Shown piece after piece: positions 34,965 through 41,952 of a stretch of DNA of 64,000 nt (its first letter is position 1; the number at the start of each line of letters is the position of its first letter). Source of the DNA: an uncultured Chloroflexia bacterium (GTDB taxonomy: Bacteria; Chloroflexota; Anaerolineae; Caldilineales; Caldilineaceae); the NCBI GenBank assembly GCA_963701415.1, contig CAVPAH010000002.1, positions 157,085 to 221,084 on the forward strand, in the 5' to 3' direction. The notes below the pieces were generated by a model. It made no database searches. It saw only the letters and a list, made by a program, of their open reading frames with translations, and was not told where the DNA came from. A program made the translations under genes and the position numbers.

Positions 34965-36044
34965 ATGCGTGTTCTGGCGACGGGCCCAAACGGCCACCTG
35001 GGGGCAAATGTTGTGCGTGCCCTGCTCAAGCGCGGTTACGAGGTGGTGCCGTTCGTGCGGCAGGGGAGTGACCTGCGCGGGCTCCAGGGGCTGGGACTGT
35101 CGTATGTCTATGGGGATGTCATGGACGCGGCGGCGCTGACGGCAGCCGCTGAGGGGTGTGACGTTATGGTCCACATGGCGGCGGTCTATCGCTTCTGGAA
35201 ACAGGACGCCGCCGAGGTAATCCAGCCGGCAATAGTCGGCACGCAGAACGCATTTGCCGCAGCCAAGGCGGCGGGCATCCGGCGCTTGGTCTTTACCAGC
35301 AGCTGCTGGGCGGCCGGCGTCAGCGACCGCCCTGACAAGGTTCTCACCCCCAAGGACTGGAACCAGGACGCACGCAATCCGTATGCGGTGGCCAAGACCG
35401 AGTCCGAACGCGCGGCGTGGCGGTTGTCCGAACAACTGGGGATCGAGATGATTGCCATCTGCCCTGGTGGCCTGCTTGGCCCGTACGACTACCGCATCAC
35501 CCCTTCCACCGGTTTGATCGCCTCCTTTATCAGCGGCAGTGCACCGATCTACGACGGCGGCTTGAGCGACTTAGAGATCGGTCCGGTGGCCGAAGTGCAT
35601 GCCGCTGCAGTGGAACATGGCAAGCCGGGGGTGCGCTATCTGGCCACCGGCGAGAACGCGCCGGTCAGCCGCTATGGCGAGATCATCGCCGGCCTCACTG
35701 GCATCAAACCGCGGGCGCTGCCCGGGGGGCGCACGGCACTGCAACTGGTAGCAGCCCTGGCTGAGTTTGGCAGCACCCTTACCCATACCGAGCCCCTGAT
35801 CTCACGCGCCCTGGCAAGTGAAGTCGGCGGCCGCTACTTGTACTACGACAGCTCGGACACTACGCGCGAGTTTGGCATTATCTTTTCGAGCGCCGAGCAG
35901 GCAATTGCTGCGTGCATCCGCTGGCTGCTGCACGTCGGCCAGCTCAAGCCTGCCCTGGCGGCTGCGCTGGCCGAGAAGTTTCCGCCCGACCCCGATTGGG
36001 AGGTGTTAGATGGCGAAAGCACAAGCGGACAGAGAACAGGGTAG
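34965..36044 (+). CDS. NAD-dependent epimerase/dehydratase (extended SDR, dihydroflavonol/cinnamoyl-CoA reductase-like)
   Basis: AAAGGAGAA RBS. MRVLATGPNGHLGANVVRALLKRGYEV is the Rossmann motif. NPYAVAKTESE carries YxxxK. The tail of about 40 aa after the SDR fold ends at TAG 36042-36044. Confidence 0.88.
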   Translation: MRVLATGPNGHLGANVVRALLKRGYEVVPFVRQGSDLRGLQGLGLSYVYGDVMDAAALTAAAEGCDVMVHMAAVYRFWKQDAAEVIQPAIVGTQNAFAAAKAAGIRRLVFTSSCWAAGVSDRPDKVLTPKDWNQDARNPYAVAKTESERAAWRLSEQLGIEMIAICPGGLLGPYDYRITPSTGLIASFISGSAPIYDGGLSDLEIGPVAEVHAAAVEHGKPGVRYLATGENAPVSRYGEIIAGLTGIKPRALPGGRTALQLVAALAEFGSTLTHTEPLISRALASEVGGRYLYYDSSDTTREFGIIFSSAEQAIAACIRWLLHVGQLKPALAAALAEKFPPDPDWEVLDGESTSGQRTG

Positions 36045-36441
36045 CTCTTTCCAGGCACCGACGAGGACACTGAGCGGCGACCAAGTACCAAAGGGGCTGC
36101 GACGCTGGAGGATGCGTTTACGCTCGACCAGCTGCAGCATCTGAGCATGGCGGAGTTGGAGGGCAACCAAAATCTCAGCCGCAACGCGATCGTGCCGGTG
36201 GCCGGCCGTAATCTACGCAATATCTGTAACAACTTGCTGCTCCGGCTGCCGCCCTGCCCACCAATCCCACCAATCCTCAGCCGCCGCTCAAACTGAAGCA
36301 AGCGTAGGTAGGTATATTCGCAATCCTTTATTGATACGTCTTGGCCCGCGCATCTGATGTGGCTGCGGAGCGCAACATAATTTGCCTGCGCTTGCACTCT
36401 TGGCGCTGGTGCTGGTAGCAGTACAGAGACAGAGCTGTGCA

Positions 36442-36479
36442 CGAACAGGTCATCTCCCCCACGTGGGATGACCTGTTCG
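36442..36479. repeat. 38-nt near-perfect palindrome with a central CCACGTGG
   Basis: CGAACAGGTCATC-TCCCCCACGTGG-GATGACCTGTTCG. The stem is 13 bp and the loop contains the palindromic CCCACGTGGG. It lies in the lower-GC spacer upstream of the EAD1 gene. No T-tract on either side. Confidence 0.75.
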
Positions 36480-36569
36480 CATTGTGCCAGAGCTCTTCGT
36501 CCACCGGTAATGAGCTCTACCTGCAGCTTTCGAAACCGTGAGTAATTCCTTTTGGGATTCGGCCTCCCC

Positions 36570-36598
36570 TTTTCAGCGCGCGTCGATTCTGCTATACT
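36570..36598 (+). promoter_or_regulatory. Sigma-70-like promoter for the EAD1-FGS gene
   Basis: TTTTCA (36570-36575), 17-nt spacer, TATACT (36593-36598), 36 nt upstream of ATG 36634. Confidence 0.4.
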
Positions 36599-36633
36599 TA
36601 GGCCACTGTCCGAGTCCACTAAAGGCCAACCAG

Positions 36634-38056
36634 ATGAATGGCAAACTCACGGGAAAGCAAGTTCAGGAGATTAGTGATGCGATCCTTAATGCTTATGGCT
36701 CGGTCGCCGCGCTGCGCATGATGGTGCGCATTGAACTTGACGAAATCCTGGATGAAATTGCCGGCGGTGAGAGTTTGCGGATCGTTACCTTCAACCTGAT
36801 TACCTGGGCAGAACGAAGCGGACGCGTCGAAGATCTGGTCCGCGGTGCAGCCCGCTACAATCCCGGCAACCAGGCACTGCGCCAGCTTGTGCGCGAATGG
36901 AGCCAACCGAACCAAAGTGGCGAGAGCGCGCCAGATGTTAGCCTTACGACCACTGCTGCCCAATCGCCAGAAGCGTCGAAAGCGCGCACCCGAAGCTTCA
37001 TCGTCATCCGCAGTGCCACCAAAGGCACAGCAACAAACACCTCCGCAGACAACAGAAGCGAAGCCGAAACAGAGTACCTCGGCACCCCCGGCCCTCACGC
37101 TATCTAAGCCACAGCAGCGACCACCATCCAATGCAACGGAGGTCAAGCCTAAACAGACCACTCCAGCAGCACAGGCTGCGGTGCCACCAAAGGCGCAGCA
37201 GCAAACACCATCGCGTGTGACAGAAGAGAGGCCAAAACAGAGTACCTCGGCACCCCAAGTATCCGCGTCACCTAAGCCGCCGCAGCAGACTCATGCCCCC
37301 AAAGACGAGAGAAAGTCGCCGGTAGAACGCGAGTCCCAGCGTGATCTTCCCCTCTGGAAGCAGATGGGGATGGAATTTATCCGGATCTCGGCCGGCGAGT
37401 TTCTCATGGGCAGCGACAGAAGGAAGGACCCCAAGGCGCAGGATGATGAACTTCCACAGCACAAGGCCTTCCTGGACGAGTACTTGATTGCGATCGTGCC
37501 CGTGACGAATCGACAGTATAAGGTGTTCGTGGATGCCACTGGCCACCGCATACCCAATCATTGGAAGGGCGGCAAGATCCCGGACGGCAAGGAGAACCAC
37601 CCAGTCGTCTATGTCAGCTGGGATGACGCCCATAAGTTCTGCCAGTGGGCAGGTCTGTACTTCCCTACTGAACAACAATGGGAAAAGGCGGCGCGCGGTA
37701 CTGGAGGAGGCATCTATCCTTGGGGAAATATGCCGCCAGAGAAGAGTCTCTGCAACTTTGGTAACAACGTGCGCGATACAACACCGGTAGGCATATATCC
37801 CAAGGGCGCCAGTCCCTACGGGGTATTGGACATGGCAGGGAATGTACTTGAGTGGGTTGCCGACTGGTACCAGAAGGACTTCTACAGTACAGCGCCAAGC
37901 AGGAACCTAACGGGGCCAGCTACGGGAAAGTACCGAATCTTGCGCGGTGGGTCGTGGGGCAACCCCGGCCACATGATGCGTGCCGCCTATCGAGACACCA
38001 ACCCACCTGAGTACTGGAATCTGCTTAGCGGGTTCCGGTGCGTACGCAGAACCTGA
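36634..38056 (+). pseudogene. Effector-associated domain EAD1 fused through a Pro/Gln/Lys-rich linker to a formylglycine-generating-enzyme-type (FGE-sulfatase/SUMF1, FGS) domain; one +1 frame break in the linker near 36985
   Basis: The N-terminus LTGKQVQEISDAILNAYGSVAALRMMVRIELDEILDEIAGGESLRIVTFNLITWAERSGRVEDLVRGAARYNPGNQALRQL follows the EAD1 pattern, including the NPGN motif. C-terminal FGE-sulfatase motifs: FIRISAGEFLMGS, LPQHKAFLDEYLIAIVPVTNRQY, HPVVYVSWDDAHKFCQW, LPTEQQWEKAARG, YPWG, GVLDMAGNVLEWV, RILRGGSW. Frame 1 (36634-) continues in frame 2 (ORF 36845-38056). Confidence 0.85.
37010..37258 (+). repeat. Tandem coding repeat (168-nt period) in the linker of the EAD1-FGS gene
   Basis: AVPPKAQQQTPPQTTEAKPKQSTSAPP at 37010 and AVPPKAQQQTPSRVTEERPKQSTSAPQ at 37178. 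A third, shorter KPKQTT unit lies between them. Confidence 0.8.
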
Positions 38057-38207
38057 GGTTGCGAAGCCGGCGGCGGTAGACCATAGAAATCATTTCCTGA
38101 GCCTTGGGCGCGTACACGTGGCATTTCGGCACACTGTCGCGTATAATCGGCACTCCCCCTGCGTGGCGGAGAGACTCGCTCAGGGTTATCGCTATTTGGA
38201 GGATGAT

Positions 38208-38408
38208 ATGACACAAACCGGAGTTATGACACTGCGGCAGGTTGCTACGAGGTTAGATGTATCCGACCGCGCCGTGCTGGAACTGCTGAGCGCGGGGACG
38301 CTTAAGGGGCAGAAGGTAGGGTCACAGTGGCGCTTTCGCGCAGAGGATGTTGAGGAGTATGTGAACAGCCAGGCAGCACTAAAGGAGTCACCCCGGAATT
38401 CGGAGTGA
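38208..38408 (+). CDS. Small helix-turn-helix DNA-binding protein (excisionase/MerR-like HTH_17 type)
   Basis: GGAGG RBS 6 nt upstream. LRQVATRLDVSDRAVLELLSAGTLKGQKVGSQWRFRAEDVEEYV is the typical excisionase-family HTH pattern. TATAAT at 38142-38147 is a possible -10. Confidence 0.75.
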   Translation: MTQTGVMTLRQVATRLDVSDRAVLELLSAGTLKGQKVGSQWRFRAEDVEEYVNSQAALKESPRNSE

Positions 38409-38447
38409 CTCCTCCTTGTGCAACGCTTGTGACCGGCCCCGCTGAGA

Positions 38448-40295
38448 TTACGGGTAGTCGACGATGTAGACGGGCTGGCCGATCCTGCTGGTGTCGGCCG
38501 GGTCACCTATGCCGTTGACCACGTGGTCGATGGTGCCGGCGCTCAGATTGACGGTCATGATGTGGTGCAGACGCACGCCGGGCGTGACGGGAACCTCAAA
38601 GCCGTTTTCGGTGTGTATGGACGGGTTGTTCTGGTTGAAGACGTAGACGCCGCCGCCGTATAGGTGGTGGGTCGTCACCTGGTCTGCCACCTTGTAGGCT
38701 GCCCAGCCGTTGACGCCGTCGTGCGACCAATCGGCCTGGGTGGGCGGATCGTAGGGCAGCTCGTTCTGGAAGAGGATGGTCGTGCCGTTCTCCCCGTTCC
38801 AGATCAAGTTGTACTGCTGGAAGTGCTCGACGAAGAGCCCGGTGGCAGTGACGTTGGCGCCATTGACGATCACGCCGTTGCGGCCGAGATTGGTGTTCCA
38901 CCGCTCGGTGTCGCCGGAGAAGCCCTCGACGCCGTGGTCGGCCCGCCAGACCCAGGTGTGGTCGATTAGAACGTTGTCCATGTTGACCTCAAGCCCGACA
39001 GTGGCCTTGCCGATGTGCGGCCCGCCGACGCGGAAGTAGACATCAGAAAGCGTGACCGGGTTGGCGGGGTCATTCTTCTTGGGGCTGTTGTTGCCGTTCT
39101 TCTTGCCGACCTGCAGGAGCACGGGCGATTCGACTGTGCCCGCATCGATAGTAATGCCGGCGACGATGACGCCGGGGACGTCGGCTACTTCCAGCGGCAC
39201 GGCGCCCTCAAAGGCGGTGAGCGTGGCGTGGCCGAGGCCGAGGACGACGGTGTTGGGACGCTTGACCGCAATGGTACGCGCAACGTCGTAGACGCCGGGG
39301 GTGAGCAGCAGGTTTTTGCCCTGGGCCAGCTGTGCGTTGATCTGCTGGATCGAGTCGGACGGCCGGGCGACAAAGAAGTCGCTGAGCGGAATAGTGGTGC
39401 CCGGCGTCAGGCCGGCCCCCCAGCTAATGCCGCGGGTATTGGTCTGCGCCAACGGCACGCGGACGTTGTAGCTGCCGCCTGCGTCGAGGAACAAGTAAGG
39501 CTTCTCGCGGCTGACGGGCGTAGTGTCGAGGGTGGTGTAGGGCGGGTTGGGAAAGGTGGCCTCGGACGGTGCGTTTTCGACGCCGGCAAAGACCTGGTTC
39601 CAGACACCGTTAGACCAGCCGCCGATGATGCTGTTGCGGATCAACCACTGCTGTTGCGAGCCGTTGATGACGAAGGGCAGGTTCGAGTCGGCGATAAAGC
39701 CGCCGCTGGCGTACTGCGGGCCGGCCGTGCAGTAGTCCATCAGCGAGAGGTTGGCACCGGTAATGTTGACGCGGCGCATCGACACAGCCTGAGAGACGGC
39801 CCAGAAATCGGCCGAGGCGCGGCAGCCGTCCTGGCCGAGCGCGTTGACGTTGATCGTCAGGTTGGACAGGGTGCGCCAGAAGTTGACGAGGGCCAGGCAG
39901 TTGCTGGTGCCGCCGTCCGCGAGGCAGCGGTTGTAGACCTCGACCTTGCCGACGATCGTCACGTCGGTGGGCGAGGCGCCGAGGCCTGCGACCTCGGTGT
40001 AGTAGCCGACCTTGATCTGGAGCGGCTGCGCAGCGCTGCCATAGACACCCGGCTTGAACATGAGCGCATAGCGGTTGGTGCCCATCTCGTCGTTCACCTG
40101 TTGGGCGTAGATCGCGTCGACACGCGCCTGGATATCGGCAACAGGCATGGTGGGGTCGAAGACGATCACGTTGGGGCCGAGATCCGGCTGAGGCGGGGCT
40201 GCGAGCGCCGGTGCAGGCGCGTGCACGGCGCCCAGCAGGAATGCGAGCAGGAGCAGAACGGCAAGCGGGGTCTTCCTCAATCGAATCTTGGGCAT
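38448..40295 (-). CDS. Secreted protein, predicted right-handed beta-helix glycosidase-like enzyme (family not confidently assigned)
   Basis: Intact 615-aa ORF. Signal peptide MPKIRLRKTPLAVLLLLAFLLGAVHAPAPALA. Repetitive beta-strand rungs (NLTINVNA, VNITGANLSL, VIVNGANVTATGLFVEH). Conserved-looking FQNELPYDPP. Confidence 0.6.
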   Translation of the reverse strand: MPKIRLRKTPLAVLLLLAFLLGAVHAPAPALAAPPQPDLGPNVIVFDPTMPVADIQARVDAIYAQQVNDEMGTNRYALMFKPGVYGSAAQPLQIKVGYYTEVAGLGASPTDVTIVGKVEVYNRCLADGGTSNCLALVNFWRTLSNLTINVNALGQDGCRASADFWAVSQAVSMRRVNITGANLSLMDYCTAGPQYASGGFIADSNLPFVINGSQQQWLIRNSIIGGWSNGVWNQVFAGVENAPSEATFPNPPYTTLDTTPVSREKPYLFLDAGGSYNVRVPLAQTNTRGISWGAGLTPGTTIPLSDFFVARPSDSIQQINAQLAQGKNLLLTPGVYDVARTIAVKRPNTVVLGLGHATLTAFEGAVPLEVADVPGVIVAGITIDAGTVESPVLLQVGKKNGNNSPKKNDPANPVTLSDVYFRVGGPHIGKATVGLEVNMDNVLIDHTWVWRADHGVEGFSGDTERWNTNLGRNGVIVNGANVTATGLFVEHFQQYNLIWNGENGTTILFQNELPYDPPTQADWSHDGVNGWAAYKVADQVTTHHLYGGGVYVFNQNNPSIHTENGFEVPVTPGVRLHHIMTVNLSAGTIDHVVNGIGDPADTSRIGQPVYIVDYP

Positions 40296-40408
40296 AAATC
40301 CTCCTTATGCATCTGTAGGGGTACGGATTCCGGGACGAGCAAGGCGCAAATTGTAACACAGACCGTGGCCCGGGCACGAGAGCCGTTTAAACGGCGGAGA
40401 CGCTCCCA

Positions 40409-40462
40409 GAAGGTGAGCGCCGACCTTCGGTCGTACACCTTCACATACACCTCCTGGAGGTG
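40409..40462. repeat. REP-like extragenic palindrome, copy B
   Basis: GAAGGTG-AGC-GCCGACC-TTC-GGTCG-TA-CACCTTC followed by the palindrome CACCTCC-T-GGAGGTG. Lies in the divergent intergenic region between 40295 and 40543. Confidence 0.7.
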
Positions 40463-40542
40463 GGATGGGTTTGGCTGTTTTTTCCGCGTGCGGGCACAAT
40501 GCGGGTATTTACCAGTGCATTTACCGGAGACTGGCGGCACGC

Positions 40543-41949
40543 ATGGCCACGAAGACAACTGATAATCCCTTGGCAGCCGGGCCGGACCTTGCCGAACTGC
40601 CGATCCCACCGGGGAGCTTTGGGCTGCCGGGGATCGGGGAAACCATCGAGTTTGCGCAGGACCCAGCGCGGTTTGTGGCTGCGAGGCGCGCCCGTTACGG
40701 CGACGTGTTCCGCACCCACCTGATCGGCGCCAGGACGATCGTGCTAACAGGCGAGGATGCGCTGGCGTGGATCTTTGCGGGGGAGGGCAAGTACCTGCAG
40801 AACACCTGGAACAGCAGCACGCGGCGCCTGCTGGGGGAAGAGTGCACGGCGATGCTGGTAGGGCCGGCCCACGCCGAACGCCGGGCACTGCTGATGCCGC
40901 ACTTCCGCCACAGCGTGATGCGCGCCTTTGCCCCGCAGATGCAGGCGATCAGCACCCGCCACTTTGAACGCTGGACCGAGGCGGGGGACGTAACCGTGCT
41001 CCCATCCATGCAGGCGTTAGTCTTTGAGATCATCGTGACGCTGCTGCTGGGCGATGGTGCCGCTGTAGACATCCCTTACCTGAGCCGGCTGTTTCGAGCG
41101 TGGACGGCAGGAATTGCGACACTGCCGATCGACCTGCCATTTACAACCTACCACCGGGCGCTCAAAGCAAAAGGCGAACTGCTGGCGGCGATCGACGCAA
41201 TTGTGGATGAGCGGCGCCGCTTGCCGGAACAGCCCAACGATATTCTCGGCTCGCTGCTGAGCGTGCGGGATGCAGAGGGGAAGCCGCTGAAACAAGAGGC
41301 GATCGTGCACGAGCTGCACAACCAGCTGTTCGCCGGGCACGATACGACAGTCACGGTGATGACAAACCTGATGCTGCAGTTGGCCCAGCACCCGGCGGTA
41401 CTGGCGCAGGCGCGGGCGGAGATGCAGGCGGCAGGGCTGGCCGGCGCACTGGACCTAGAGCAGATCAAGCGGCTACCGTACCTGGAGGCGGTGCTGCACG
41501 AAAGCATGCGCTACCTTGCGCCCGTGGCGGGGACATTTCGCAGCATGCTGTGCGACATGGAATACAAGGGCTACCGCATCCCACGCGGGTGGACGGTGCG
41601 GCTGGAGATCGCAGGGACGCATACGGACGAGCGGATCTGGCGCGGCCCATACGAGTTTGACCCCGAGCGCTGGCTGCCGCCGCGGTCGGAGCAGGCGGGA
41701 AGGCAGTACTGCTTTATTCCGTTTGGCGGCGGACCGCGGCTGTGCCTGGGGACCAACTTTGCCTGGGCGGAGATGCGAGTGATGCTGGCGCTGCTGCTGC
41801 GCGATTATGTGTGGGAGGTGCGGCCGGATCAGGACTTGGGATATGTGATGGTGCCGTTTCCGCGGCCTAAGCAGGGGCTGCAGGTGCGGTTTAGCCGCTG
41901 TAGTTCGACGTGCCGGGGACCTCTAAGGTCCCCGGCACGTGATAAGTGA
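40543..41949 (+). CDS. Cytochrome P450
   Basis: Start MATKTTDNPL at 40543. AGHDTT (I-helix), ESMR (ExxR), and heme loop FIPFGGGPRLCLG. The last 15 or so codons read through a terminator-like hairpin, so the true C-terminus may be slightly shorter. Confidence 0.92.
   Translation: MATKTTDNPLAAGPDLAELPIPPGSFGLPGIGETIEFAQDPARFVAARRARYGDVFRTHLIGARTIVLTGEDALAWIFAGEGKYLQNTWNSSTRRLLGEECTAMLVGPAHAERRALLMPHFRHSVMRAFAPQMQAISTRHFERWTEAGDVTVLPSMQALVFEIIVTLLLGDGAAVDIPYLSRLFRAWTAGIATLPIDLPFTTYHRALKAKGELLAAIDAIVDERRRLPEQPNDILGSLLSVRDAEGKPLKQEAIVHELHNQLFAGHDTTVTVMTNLMLQLAQHPAVLAQARAEMQAAGLAGALDLEQIKRLPYLEAVLHESMRYLAPVAGTFRSMLCDMEYKGYRIPRGWTVRLEIAGTHTDERIWRGPYEFDPERWLPPRSEQAGRQYCFIPFGGGPRLCLGTNFAWAEMRVMLALLLRDYVWEVRPDQDLGYVMVPFPRPKQGLQVRFSRCSSTCRGPLRSPARDK
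41908..41940. terminator. Bidirectional terminator-like hairpin between convergent genes
   Basis: ACGTGCCGGGGACC-TCTAA-GGTCCCCGGCACGT, a perfect 14-bp stem. It sits 9 nt before the P450 stop and 13 nt beyond the stop of the minus-strand giant gene. Confidence 0.6.
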
Positions 41950-41952
41950 GCA

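Noticed and set aside
35843-36619. 258-aa minus-strand ORF spanning the epimerase 3' end and the lower-GC spacer
   Set aside because: It overlaps a well-supported + strand gene, crosses the 38-nt palindrome, and has Ser/Arg/Leu-rich low-information composition with no RBS or recognisable domain.
39015-40562. 515-aa + strand ORF overlapping the beta-helix protein gene
   Set aside because: It is an antisense shadow ORF, Arg/Gly/Asp/Val-rich with no motifs. The same applies to 43078-44238, 44931-45788, 55856-56815, 57607-58359, 58575-59390, 60701-62161 and similar ORFs.
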